Source: Planctomycetota bacterium (GTDB lineage: Bacteria; Planctomycetota; PLA2; JAEUHO01). Taken from it: a DNA stretch of 64,000 nucleotides. A program made the position numbers and the translations under genes. The stretch lies in contig CBDCWP010000013.1 of NCBI GenBank assembly GCA_965223505.1, positions 128,001-192,000 on the forward strand. The letters run 5' to 3'. Positions 19,282 to 28,707 of the stretch are shown here, one piece after another; positions within the stretch are counted from its first letter, which is position 1; each line of letters opens with the position of its first letter. The notes under the pieces are model-generated. The model was not told the DNA's origin. It ran no database searches and worked only from the letters and a program-made list of their open reading frames with translations.

Positions 19282-20786
19282 GGGGGGTGGCGATGAGACG
19301 ATGTCAGGACCATGAACGTGACATCGCATTTGGGCCGTTGAAGCATGGACGAACGGAGCGCCAGCAGTGGAAGGGTGTCTTGCTGTGCGGTTTTGTCGTG
19401 GTCATCGCGCTTGTGGGCGCCCCAGCTTGGGCGCAATCTGATCCCAACCCGCCTGCGGCGCGCAGTGAAGACGAACAACCTGGCGAGGAGCCGCAAGCGC
19501 CGAAGGAAGTCGACGTGCAACCCGTGGCGCGAGATGAGGAGATCCGCGATCGCTTACGCCACATTTTAGAAGCGACTGCATGGTTTCAAGAGCCGCAAGT
19601 TGAGGTGCGAGAAGGCGTCGTGTTTTTGGACGGGCGCACCGGCTCCAAGGAGTACAAAACCTGGGCCAAAGAGCTCGCCAGCCGCACCCAAGATGTGGTT
19701 GCAGTCGTCAATCGCATCGCCATTGCCGAGCGCTCGCCCTGGGACTTTTCGCCCGCCTGGCAAGGGCTCCGGCAATTGTGGCGCGACATCGTGCAGATGT
19801 TGCCTTTTGCCGGATTTGCGCTCGTCGTTTTAATCGTCACCTGGTGGGCGGCGAAATTGGCAAGTCGATGCGCTCGACGGTTTTTTCAGCGTCGCATCGC
19901 CAGCGCCTTGCTGCGCGATGTGGTCGCCAAAGCGGTGAGCCTGCCTGTCTTTTTAATTGGGGTCTACATCGTGTTGCACGTCGCCGGCTTAACCCGCTTG
20001 GCCCTCACCGTGGTGGGCAGCACCGGGGTCGCCGGTTTGGTGATCGGTATTGCCTTTCGAGATATCATGGAAAACTTTTTGGCCAGTCTTCTCATTAGTA
20101 TGCAGCGGCCCTTTCAGCTTCAAGATCTCATTGCAGTGGATGGGCATCTGGGTTTGGTGCAGAGTATGACCACGCGCGGCACGGTGTTGATGTCACTCGA
20201 AGGCAACCACATTCAGATTCCGAACGCCACGATTTATAAAAATACGATTCAAAACTATACCGCCAACCCCAACCGGCGAGGAGATTTTGTCGTTGGCATT
20301 GGCTACGATGACGCCATTCCAATGGCCCAGGAGGTGGTCATGCAGGTCTTGGCCGACCATCCAGCAATCTTGCGAGACCCCCCGCCCGCCGTGCTGGTGG
20401 ATGCGTTGGGGGCGGCAACCGTGAACTTGCGGGTGTTATTCTGGCTCGATGGCAAACAGCATGATTATTTCAAAACCAAGTCTTCAGTCATTCGCATGGT
20501 GAAACGAACCCTGCAAGACGCGAGCATATCCATGCCGGATGAATTGCGCGAAGTGATCTTTCCCGATGGCGTGCCGGTGCGGCTCCTGGAGGAGCGCTTG
20601 GATCGGCCTCGCGATGGAGGACGGCCAGGTCCGCCGCCGTCATCCGACGCGCCGGATCCGGTGTCCACAGCGGCGGAAGGCGACCTGGAGAGCGAGACGC
20701 CGCGCCTGCAAGATCAGGCGCGGCGGGCGCGTCTGCCAGAAGAGGGAAAGAACTTATTGGAGGACTCTGGAAATTCTCCCCGTTAA
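19278..20786 (+). CDS. BON-domain plus MscS small-conductance mechanosensitive channel
   Basis: Signal peptide, BON-like VEVREGVVFLDG...VVAVVNRI, MscS IGIAFRDIMENF...GNHIQIPN. Confidence 0.9.
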   Translation: MRGVAMRRCQDHERDIAFGPLKHGRTERQQWKGVLLCGFVVVIALVGAPAWAQSDPNPPAARSEDEQPGEEPQAPKEVDVQPVARDEEIRDRLRHILEATAWFQEPQVEVREGVVFLDGRTGSKEYKTWAKELASRTQDVVAVVNRIAIAERSPWDFSPAWQGLRQLWRDIVQMLPFAGFALVVLIVTWWAAKLASRCARRFFQRRIASALLRDVVAKAVSLPVFLIGVYIVLHVAGLTRLALTVVGSTGVAGLVIGIAFRDIMENFLASLLISMQRPFQLQDLIAVDGHLGLVQSMTTRGTVLMSLEGNHIQIPNATIYKNTIQNYTANPNRRGDFVVGIGYDDAIPMAQEVVMQVLADHPAILRDPPPAVLVDALGAATVNLRVLFWLDGKQHDYFKTKSSVIRMVKRTLQDASISMPDELREVIFPDGVPVRLLEERLDRPRDGGRPGPPPSSDAPDPVSTAAEGDLESETPRLQDQARRARLPEEGKNLLEDSGNSPR

Positions 20787-20842
20787 TCGATGACACAGGC
20801 GTGTCGTTGGACAACAAACCATCATGCATGAGGAGCATATCA

Positions 20843-21094
20843 ATGATCGACATTAATCAAGCCATGTCGAATCCGTCTGCCGTTTTTGCTTCGCCACACG
20901 AGGTGCTGCATCATCAGGCGTTATCTCACCAGCAAAAAATAGAGATATTGCGCCAGTGGGCGCAGGATGCGCAAGCTTTACAAGTCGCGGAAGACGAAAG
21001 CATGACAGCGCCGCAAACTCAACCTTCCAGCCGCTTAGACGACGTCATGCAGGCCCTGCATGAACTCGGTGAGGAGCGGGATCCCGCATCCTGA
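20843..21094 (+). CDS. Conserved hypothetical protein
   Basis: RBS GAGGAG; PSAVFASPHEVL...KIEILRQW...VAEDESM. Confidence 0.75.
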   Translation: MIDINQAMSNPSAVFASPHEVLHHQALSHQQKIEILRQWAQDAQALQVAEDESMTAPQTQPSSRLDDVMQALHELGEERDPAS

Positions 21095-21125
21095 AAACCC
21101 TAGACTCTATCATAGTGAGGAAACC

Positions 21126-22493
21126 ATGATCATCATCAATCGCGCGTCTGAAATTGACCGTAGCGAAGCTTATAAAACGTACGCTGAGAGATTCGCCAGC
21201 GGTCAAATCATCATCCCTCCTTTATTGTTGTCCAAACACGAGCGCCGTTTACACGTGCGCCGCACGCTGCGCGAAGATCACCAACAACGCATCCACAATC
21301 GGCCCGAAGGAGCGCAAGAGAAATTTGAAAAACTCGCCGACTCGGCGTTTTCATTTTTCCGCGGCACGGCGCTGCTTTACTATCGCGACTACGCCGGTTC
21401 TGATGCGCATTTGCCGCTCGTCTTCACCATCGGCGATGTGCATCCCGAAAACTTTGGCGTCATGCCCAATGAGGACGGCGCGCCCTTTTTCGGCGTCAAC
21501 GATTTTGACGAAGCCTGGGTGGCGCCCTTTTCTTACGATATCAAACGCGGCGCGGTCGGCTTTTATATCACGGCAAAAGAACAAGGGTTCAAAAAAAAGC
21601 GCCGCCGCCACGTGGTGCGCGCGTTTGTCGGCGGCTATCTCAAGGCTCTGGAAGAATTCGCCCGCGACGATCGCGAAACGACGTTCCAGTTTCGCATTGA
21701 CAACAGTCCGAAAATGATCAGAAAGCTTTTGCAAGGGGCGGTGACCACCCGTAAGGCGTTTCTTGAAGAGTTGATCGATTTAGACAAGGGGCAGTTCATC
21801 CCTACGGATGAAATCGTGCCGCACTCCGGCCAGATCGAGAAATTTCAACGCGTCGTCAATAAGTACAAGGCCGAAACGGACATCGGCGGCCGGACCAAAC
21901 CCAAAACCTTTTTCAAGGTCAAAGACGTCGCGATCAAAACGGGCAGCGGCACCGCTAGTTTGGGTCTTGACCGCTATTTCGTGTTGGTCGAAGGCTGGAG
22001 TAAGGACATCAGCGATTGCGTCGTGTTGGAGATGAAGCAGGCGCGGCGCTCGGCGCTTTACGGACTCGTGCCCGCCAACGATTTTGAAGAGGCCGAGAAG
22101 GCCGAACAGATCGTCATGGCGCACCAAATTCACTTAGCTGGCGGCGACCCCTTTTATGGTCGAGCGGTCATCGATAACGAGAGCTTTCTGGTTCGCGAGC
22201 GCAGTCCCTTCAAGGACGATATCGACGTTGACGACTTGAGCGCAAGCGAACTCAAGACCTACGCGGCGATTTGCGGCCGCGCCTTGGCGCAGCCGCACGC
22301 CCGCTCAGACGAAGATACGGGCTTCATGCAAGGCGACGCTGAAAAGCGGATTCTTCAGTCGATTCAAGCTGACGTCTTCTGCGATGATGTCATCGATTTT
22401 GCCGAGCACGCGAGTAAGCGTATCTATGCGGATTACGCCTTGTTTCGGCGAGACCACGCCCTCGGGGTGTTCAAGTTCTTGCACGACGATTAG
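21126..22493 (+). CDS. DUF2252 family (kinase-like) protein
   Basis: FSFFRGTA, GDVHPENFG, NDFDEA, GSGTASLG, ALAQPHARS. Confidence 0.88.
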   Translation: MIIINRASEIDRSEAYKTYAERFASGQIIIPPLLLSKHERRLHVRRTLREDHQQRIHNRPEGAQEKFEKLADSAFSFFRGTALLYYRDYAGSDAHLPLVFTIGDVHPENFGVMPNEDGAPFFGVNDFDEAWVAPFSYDIKRGAVGFYITAKEQGFKKKRRRHVVRAFVGGYLKALEEFARDDRETTFQFRIDNSPKMIRKLLQGAVTTRKAFLEELIDLDKGQFIPTDEIVPHSGQIEKFQRVVNKYKAETDIGGRTKPKTFFKVKDVAIKTGSGTASLGLDRYFVLVEGWSKDISDCVVLEMKQARRSALYGLVPANDFEEAEKAEQIVMAHQIHLAGGDPFYGRAVIDNESFLVRERSPFKDDIDVDDLSASELKTYAAICGRALAQPHARSDEDTGFMQGDAEKRILQSIQADVFCDDVIDFAEHASKRIYADYALFRRDHALGVFKFLHDD

Positions 22494-22666
22494 CGCGCGT
22501 CAGGGTTTTTCATTCTCGGTCTCTCACAAATTGCAAATTCGTGATAATATCTCCTCTCAGGCCATCGGCATGTCGCCCCAGACAGCTCCCCGGCCAAGCC
22601 GACGCAGCGCCACGGCGTTAGGGGCGGCATAGCTATCCACGCTTATGCCAAAGAGGGACGGGAGAT

Positions 22667-23954
22667 ATGAACGATAATCGCGCCACCATCGTCGCTTCTG
22701 ATTATTTAGAGCAAAACGCCGAGGCGCTTGTCACCAGTTGGATTGAGTGGGTCAGAGGGCGAGTGCAGACGACCGTTATCAATGCGTTGCCGCACCGCGC
22801 GCTTCGAAATCACGTGCCGCCCGTGTTGCGGAGCTTGGCGAAATTTCTGCGCAATCCAATCGAACTCGCGCGCCAGGACCTCTGCAACCATTTGCGCCTA
22901 CACGGCCAGATACGCCGCGATCAAGGCTATTCGCTCGAAGAGGTCTTAGCTGAGTTTGAAGGCCTCGCCGATGTGGTGACGCGCGGCGTGAGCCAAGCGA
23001 TTCAGGAACATGCGAGCGACGCCGAATCTCACGATGTGCTCGAAGTCGCCAACCGGCTGGCGTCAGGCCTGCGCTCTGTCAGTTACATTGCAATGGGAAC
23101 CTATATTAGAGCCGATCAAGACAGAGAGCAATTGATGGCTGCAAGCCTTGAAGAGTTTTCTCGCGCCATCGCCCATGAGCTACGCAATCCTCTCAACACG
23201 CTAACTTTAAACCTGCAAGTCCTTCAAGAAGAATTGGCTGATCACGAAGACCTGGTGCACTTATATCGAAGCGATGGATGTGGCTGTTAATCGGTCGACG
23301 TATCTGCTCGACACTATTCGCATCTTGACGATTGCCGAAAGCGCCCGAGCAGGACAACGCTTAGTCACTTTAGAAGAAGCTCTCAATCGCATTCAGAAGG
23401 AGTTCAATGACGAAATTTTTCATTTAGGGCTGGAGTTTCGAGTCGAGTCGCCTCTCCCCGAGGTGAGCATGGAGGCAACCGTCCTGTATCTCGTGTTAGT
23501 CAATCTTGTTGGAAACTCGATCAAGTATTGTGATTGCGACAAAAGCGAGAGATGGGTTGCCGTTAGCGCCACAATCATTGAGGAGGAAAATGATTCGGGT
23601 TTCTGTGAAATCCAAGTTGAAGATAATGGCCTTGGCATTGGAGAGGAATATCTGTCACGGGTTTTCCAAAAAGGGTTTCGAGCCCACCCAGAGCACGCCC
23701 AGGGCACTGGGTCGGGGCTTTTCATCGTCCAACAAGCGCTCAATTCCCGAGGGGCAAGCATCTCTATCGAAAGCCATGAAGGCGAAGGCACAGCGGTAAA
23801 GGTGCGACTGCGTTGTCTCCACCCGGAAGCCGCGGTCTTGTCTGCCGATCAATTCCGTGTCGAAAGCCTCATGGGAGAGTTTATCTGGAATGAGCTAACC
23901 GCTGCCCCGGGGCTTCCGGATAATGAGAGACAAACAGAGGCCGAAGAGAGTTAG
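22667..23954 (+). pseudogene. Sensor histidine kinase (RsbRD_N-like globin + HisKA + HATPase), frameshifted near 23262
   Basis: ORF1 has HG-x2-R-x2-QGYSLEEV and IAHELRNPL; ORF2 has NLVGNSIKY, DNGLGI, GTGSGL; frames join at HL|IEAMDVAV. Confidence 0.8.
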
Positions 23955-24016
23955 CGTCGGCGTCAAACGTGGATCAGAGACGGCGACTCAGCTGTCAACC
24001 GTCATCGTTGACGTGG

Positions 24017-24319
24017 TTAACGGAGTTGTTTTTGAAAAGTCTTTTGCACGATTTCCTGGACGCCGCTCGAAAGACGACCGCCCAACAAATGTCCTAAGAC
24101 AGGTATATCTCCCGTTACATGCACTAAGACGTCGTCCACTGACATCTCAATCCAAAAGCCTCTGCCGTCAAGTCGCACTTCGCTTTGGTCAGACGACCAC
24201 ACCGTTTGTCGAATCAGCATCCCAAGGAGATCGTGGACTTGCTGGACAACCGACTTCAGATCCCCACGCGCTTCTTCTAGAGTCTTATCGTGTTTTAACG
24301 ATAGGGCAATCAGAGACAT
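24017..24319 (-). CDS. Polyhydroxyalkanoic acid system family protein (PHA_gran_rgn-like)
   Basis: I-x3-KH-x2-TLEEAR...W...V-x-VTG-x-IP...L pattern, 100 aa. Confidence 0.6.
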   Translation of the reverse strand: MSLIALSLKHDKTLEEARGDLKSVVQQVHDLLGMLIRQTVWSSDQSEVRLDGRGFWIEMSVDDVLVHVTGDIPVLGHLLGGRLSSGVQEIVQKTFQKQLR

Positions 24320-24489
24320 ATTTCTTGCCTTTCTATCCTATGATAAGCGATATACATAATCTCATGAGACAAAGCCTCATTTTATCAAAGTTCTCGTGCA
24401 AAAACCATGCGCGCCAATGAGGCGGTGTAGGCCATTTTCACCCCTCGGCTCTATTTGCCCTTTCTTACAATCCGGTGCAAACAAAATAA

Positions 24490-24503
24490 GGCATAGAAAT
24501 TGC
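24490..24503 (+). promoter_or_regulatory. sigma-54 promoter upstream of 26-aa smORF
   Basis: AGGCATAGAAATTGCA. Confidence 0.68.
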
Positions 24504-24674
24504 AGATATTCATTATATGATTTCTGCTCTATGCATGAATCATTTTGTATAGAGGTGAGTGGTGAATTCATATTGGCCGCAATTGCATGATGTGTTGCTC
24601 GTAGTGCGCCAAGTAGAAAATCCATCTACCCACCTAGTGGTGAAATCTAAACTTATACGTTAGGAGAAAGATCA

Positions 24675-24755
24675 ATGAGAGGTGGAACGCTTACGACAGT
24701 CGTTCTCATATTGGTTGGTATCGCTGCGGTCATTTTCATTGCCCGAGCGATCTAA
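24675..24755 (+). CDS. 26-aa single-TM micropeptide (not in ORF track)
   Basis: RBS TAGGAGA; MRGGTLTTVVLILVGIAAVIFIARAI*. Confidence 0.65.
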   Translation: MRGGTLTTVVLILVGIAAVIFIARAI

Positions 24756-24905
24756 ACAGAGTTTGTGACTCGCACAACATCCGGGCGGCGCATTGATGTT
24801 GCCTGGGATGTGATCTGAGACGCATAAGTTTTGGCAATGCGTCTCAGAATAAATCTCTCAAAAACCACCACGACATATACCGCTCGTCGGAACCAACGAG
24901 CTGCC

Positions 24906-25751
24906 CTATGCTGCAATACGCCGGTAGCGCGCCTGCGAGAAGCAATAAACGCCATAGGCGACAAGACCGAGCGCCACGATCCCTAGGAGCCACGGACCAT
25001 AAGGCTGGCGGGCCAGCGTGTCGAGCGCCCCGGAGAGGCCTTTGGCCTGACTCGGATCCGCCTGAAGGGCCGCGATTATAAAAAAACCGCCAATGATCGA
25101 AAACGTGACGCCGCGCGCCGAAAGGCCGAATTGGCCGATACGCTTGGCCCAGCGACGCTCCGTGGCCGACATCTCACCGGACTTGTAACGCTCCATGAAT
25201 TTTGCTTTGTAGGCTCGGTAGAAGTGATAGATGCCCACGCCGATCACAATTGCGCCGACAGCACCAACGAGCCACAGACCAAAGGGCTGGGACATGAGCT
25301 TCGCGGTCAATTCCTGCTTGGAGCTGTCGCCGCTACCGCCGCTACTGCCGCCGCTTATAGCCATGCGGCCAGCAAGAAACGCAAGGCCCGCATAGGTAAC
25401 GCCACTGACGGCATAGCCGATGCGAGCGATAATCCCCTTGGCGTCGGAGCCCTTGCCTTCCGGATCTTTAAAAGCCTGAACAAACCGCCAGATGACATAG
25501 CCAATGAGCCCCAGCGCCGTCAATGCAACCAGAATGCGGCCGAAGGGTTGTTGGGCAATCGTCTCAATCGCGCCTTTTGAACCCTCTGTGGAACCGCCCG
25601 CGCCAACGGCCGTCATCACGGCAAGCACGCCGACGATAACATAGACCACGCCTTTGGTGGCATAGCCAAACCGCGCCAAGGTTTCCACCTTATCGCCCGC
25701 AGCTTGAGTGGCCTGCTGCACCGCTCCGCTTGTAGAAGATACGTCCCTCAT
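24906..25751 (-). CDS. DUF1206 domain membrane protein
   Basis: ARFGYATKGVVY, three QPFG/QPYG repeats; RBS GGAG before 25751. Confidence 0.92.
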   Translation of the reverse strand: MRDVSSTSGAVQQATQAAGDKVETLARFGYATKGVVYVIVGVLAVMTAVGAGGSTEGSKGAIETIAQQPFGRILVALTALGLIGYVIWRFVQAFKDPEGKGSDAKGIIARIGYAVSGVTYAGLAFLAGRMAISGGSSGGSGDSSKQELTAKLMSQPFGLWLVGAVGAIVIGVGIYHFYRAYKAKFMERYKSGEMSATERRWAKRIGQFGLSARGVTFSIIGGFFIIAALQADPSQAKGLSGALDTLARQPYGPWLLGIVALGLVAYGVYCFSQARYRRIAA

Positions 25752-25821
25752 GATTAAATCTCCATCATGTTTCCCCGGAATCCATGCCAAACAACTTTTA
25801 AACTGATGATGCTTGTATGTC

Positions 25822-25835
25822 GCAAATATTGTGCC
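25822..25835 (-). promoter_or_regulatory. sigma-54 promoter for DUF1206
   Basis: Minus strand GTGGCACAATATTTGCG. Confidence 0.82.
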
Positions 25836-25906
25836 ACGCTGCAGAACCGCAACTAATATTTGTGGAGCCTGCGTGATATTCTGATGAAATTGCTGCAATT
25901 GATGTA

Positions 25907-25940
25907 TGCCATTTTGAAACATCTTTGCATCATTTTGAGA
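25907..25940. promoter_or_regulatory. Tandem palindromic putative UAS pair, 21-bp period
   Basis: TGCCATTTTGAAA (25907) and CATCATTTTGAGA (25928). Confidence 0.65.
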
Positions 25941-26005
25941 GAGTCGCACGGGAAAATACATCTTATGACGCCGCTTTTATTCTCCACTTTTTAGGCTGGG
26001 CGTTT

Positions 26006-26019
26006 GGTATGTTTTTTGC
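26006..26019 (+). promoter_or_regulatory. sigma-54 promoter for metallothionein/DUF4112
   Basis: TTGGTATGTTTTTTGCT. Confidence 0.72.
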
Positions 26020-26180
26020 TTTGTATCGCATCCTGAGGCTGGTTGTGTATTTATACCTTACCGTCCGCAGGCCCCTAAAGGAAATTAGCGTCAAGGCTTC
26101 ATCTCGTGACCTGTCAAGCAGTGATCTGATGAGCTGGTCTGCATGATGGTCTATTTCACTCAAACAACAAGGAAATCAAG

Positions 26181-26327
26181 ATGAAATGCGCTTGCCAACG
26201 TCAATGTATGTGCGAGGTAACCCCTGCTCAGAGTCTTGAACGAAACGGACACCTGTATTGCAGTGAAGCTTGCGCCAATGGCCACACCCGAGGAGAAGGT
26301 TGCGGTCACAGCGACTGTCGTTGTTAG
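26181..26327 (+). CDS. smtA: Bacterial metallothionein (SmtA/BmtA family), 48 aa (not in ORF track)
   Basis: MKCACQRQCMCEVTPAQSLERNGHLYCSEACANGHTRGEGCGHSDCRC; KCAC, YCSEACA-x-GH and GCGH-x2-C-x-C motifs; RBS AAGGA. Confidence 0.93.
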   Translation: MKCACQRQCMCEVTPAQSLERNGHLYCSEACANGHTRGEGCGHSDCRC

Positions 26328-26354
26328 GGCGGATGAACAACTTTATGTCTAGCT

Positions 26355-26385
26355 GTCCGCCACCGCCTTCCAGGCGGTGGCGGAC
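26355..26385. terminator. GC-rich hairpin downstream of metallothionein
   Basis: GTCCGCCACCGCCT-TCC-AGGCGGTGGCGGAC, 14-bp stem. Confidence 0.6.
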
Positions 26386-26593
26386 GATATCGTTGTCGAT
26401 TCGCCGGACAACACGAGAGAATGTCCACATGCTAGCTCGATACCGACAGGCGCGGCTTTATCACCTCTGAGGCCATCTCTGATGTGCGTGTAGAGATGAC
26501 CAAAGCATCTTCAGGCCGCTAGGGGTCCAGGGCTAGAGGGGAGGCGGCGGTTCAATCCTAGTCGCCATAAAACCTTTTTGAAATGGAAAACAT

Positions 26594-27004
26594 ATGACTC
26601 AACCATGGCAGTCATCTCGCCCGGAAAAATGGCGGGACACCAAGTCAGTTCACGAAGTTAGCTCAAGATTAAACCGAGTTCGCAAGTTGACCCATCTACT
26701 CGATTCGAGCTTTGGTATACCAGGGACATCAGTTCGCTTTGGGCTCGATAGCCTTTTGGGTCTGGTCCCTGGCGTTGGCGACATCGTCGGCGCCCTATTG
26801 TCAGGCTATATTGTCTATGAGGCGCTGCGGCTTCGCGCCCCCAAGCGCCTTCTAGCGCGCATGATCGGCAACATTGCCATTGATACGGCAATCGGCGCGA
26901 TACCGATTGCCGGCGACCTATTCGACATTGTGTGGAAAGCCAACAGAAGGAATCTGAGGCTATTAAATTGGCATGTCAAGCAGAACGCAAACGACATTGA
27001 CTGA
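26594..27004 (+). CDS. DUF4112 domain protein
   Basis: LLDSSFGIPGT-x2-RFGLD-x-LLGLVPGVGD...GAIPIAGDLFD-x2-WKAN-x-RN. Confidence 0.92.
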   Translation: MTQPWQSSRPEKWRDTKSVHEVSSRLNRVRKLTHLLDSSFGIPGTSVRFGLDSLLGLVPGVGDIVGALLSGYIVYEALRLRAPKRLLARMIGNIAIDTAIGAIPIAGDLFDIVWKANRRNLRLLNWHVKQNANDID

Positions 27005-27006
27005 TA

Positions 27007-27180
27007 TCAATATTTCAAGATGACATACAAAGCGTGGACAATTCCTGGAATAAAGCCAAATAGAGTAAGCAAGATATTGAGCCAAAAGTGACCTTTGAAG
27101 CCTACTTCAAAAAAAACGCCTAAGGGAGGCAACAAAATCGCAAACACGATTTTGATCGGGTCGGTAATGGTAACAGCCAT
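27007..27180 (-). CDS. yqaE: YqaE/Pmp3 family membrane proteolipid, 57 aa (not in ORF track)
   Basis: AILLPPLGVFFEVG-x3-HFWLNILLTLFGFIPGIVHALYVI; RBS AGGAG. Confidence 0.95.
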   Translation of the reverse strand: MAVTITDPIKIVFAILLPPLGVFFEVGFKGHFWLNILLTLFGFIPGIVHALYVILKY

Positions 27181-27256
27181 GCGCATCTCCTGTACTCAAG
27201 ATAAGGGAATAGTAAAGGCTTTACAGATTTACTCCGTCTTGCCTTATGATCAAGGA

Positions 27257-27270
27257 GCAAATCTTATGCC
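27257..27270 (-). promoter_or_regulatory. sigma-54 promoter for yqaE
   Basis: Minus strand TTGGCATAAGATTTGCT. Confidence 0.82.
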
Positions 27271-27331
27271 AAGATGTCGCAAGTCGGAGGCAATCCGCCA
27301 AAGGCTGACTGCTTAAATCCCTCAGCGACCC

Positions 27332-27365
27332 TCTCAAAATAAAAACGAAGTCTCTCAAATTAATA
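27332..27365. promoter_or_regulatory. Tandem putative UAS pair, 21-bp period
   Basis: TCTCAAAATAAAA (27332) and TCTCAAATTAATA (27353). Confidence 0.62.
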
Positions 27366-27450
27366 GATGCGGTCAAGACCACGTTGAGGCAAAATACAAA
27401 TGGCGCGAGCGGCGCGAGCGAGCTATGAGGCGTTCGGCTGCATCGAATAT

Positions 27451-27464
27451 GGCATGGAACTTGC
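27451..27464 (+). promoter_or_regulatory. sigma-54 promoter for AI-2E/cytochrome c oxidase operon
   Basis: ATGGCATGGAACTTGCT. Confidence 0.82.
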
Positions 27465-27570
27465 TCTCCTTGAAAAATTTGGATTCGCTGTGACGCATAG
27501 GTGTTACAATAGCTTAAATCCTGCATAGACATGTGGAACCCAGCTCAAATTTTATACAAACGAGATTCGC

Positions 27571-28704
27571 ATGGAAAAAGATCATGCCTTCGAGGAATCA
27601 ATCTCTGCGCCACAGCAATCTCTGAGCATGGCCGAATTGGCGCGTTTGTTACGCGGCCCTCTCGATATCCGCTCTTTCGCTCTGAGTGTTTTGATGATTT
27701 TAGCACTTGGCGCAATGTTCTACGTCGCTCGCGCTGTGCTTCTTCCCATTCTATTGGCTCTGTTGTTGAGCTTTCTCTTGTCTCCAATGGTGCGAAAATT
27801 GGCTCGCCTGGGCATACCCGAAGCAGCGGGAGCAGCACTACTGCTTATCGCTATTGTAAGCCTGCTTGTTTTCGGCGTCTATCAACTCTGGGTGCCTGCC
27901 ACTCAATGGGTACAGCGACTGCCTTCCAGCATATCTCAGATTGAAGCTAAGATACGACCGGTCAAGCAATCCGTCAAGGAGATCAACGAAGCGACCAAAC
28001 AGGTTGAAAAAGTGACGACGATGAAGAAGGAGGCGGCGCCATCAACGGTTAAAGTTGAAGTGCAACGCCCTAGTCTCATCGGCGTCGCGCTTAATCAGAC
28101 CCTAAACTTATTGGCGACGGTGGGCGCGATGACGATTTTGTTGTATTTTTTACTCGCTTCAGGCGATCTGTTCCTCCTCAAACTCGTTCGCATTCTGCCG
28201 CGCTTTGAAGATAAAAAGCTTGCCGTCACCATCGTGCACGCCGTGCGACACGACATTTCGCACTATTTGTTAACGATTACCTTGATCAATGCCGGACTCG
28301 GCGCCGCGGTGGGCGTCGCCATGTTTGGGCTCGGCATGCCGAACCCTTGGTTATGGGGGGTCATGGCCGCCGTTTTCAACTTCATCCCCTATTTGGGCGC
28401 TGTAGCCAGCGGCGGCATTCTCACCATCGTGGCGCTCCTCACCTTTGACACCCTCGGTCAGGCCATGCTTGTACCTGGCGTCTTTCTTGGCCTAACGGGG
28501 CTGGAAGGGTTCTTGGTCACCCCCACCATTGTCGGACGTCGGCTCACGCTCAACCCGGTGGCGATTTTTATCTGGCTGGCATTTTGGGGCTGGCTGTGGG
28601 GGGTGCCGGGCATGTTACTCGCCGTACCTTTGTTAGCTGCCTTAAAAATCGTCTGCGATCATATAACGCCCCTCAATGCGGTTGGAGAATTTTTAGGGGA
28701 TTAA
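27571..28704 (+). CDS. AI-2E family transporter
   Basis: LLPILLALLLSFLLSP, NFIPYLG, LNPVAIF...FWGWLWGVPGMLLAVP. Confidence 0.92.
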   Translation: MEKDHAFEESISAPQQSLSMAELARLLRGPLDIRSFALSVLMILALGAMFYVARAVLLPILLALLLSFLLSPMVRKLARLGIPEAAGAALLLIAIVSLLVFGVYQLWVPATQWVQRLPSSISQIEAKIRPVKQSVKEINEATKQVEKVTTMKKEAAPSTVKVEVQRPSLIGVALNQTLNLLATVGAMTILLYFLLASGDLFLLKLVRILPRFEDKKLAVTIVHAVRHDISHYLLTITLINAGLGAAVGVAMFGLGMPNPWLWGVMAAVFNFIPYLGAVASGGILTIVALLTFDTLGQAMLVPGVFLGLTGLEGFLVTPTIVGRRLTLNPVAIFIWLAFWGWLWGVPGMLLAVPLLAALKIVCDHITPLNAVGEFLGD

Positions 28705-28707
28705 AGG

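Noticed and set aside
24398..24411. Near-match CGCATGGTTTTTGC upstream of the PHA-system gene
   Set aside because: Invariant GG is CG; possibly a decayed promoter, not counted
26543..26567. tRNA-like GGTTCAATCC…CGCCA
   Set aside because: No acceptor, D or anticodon arms could be folded; reads as a simple hairpin
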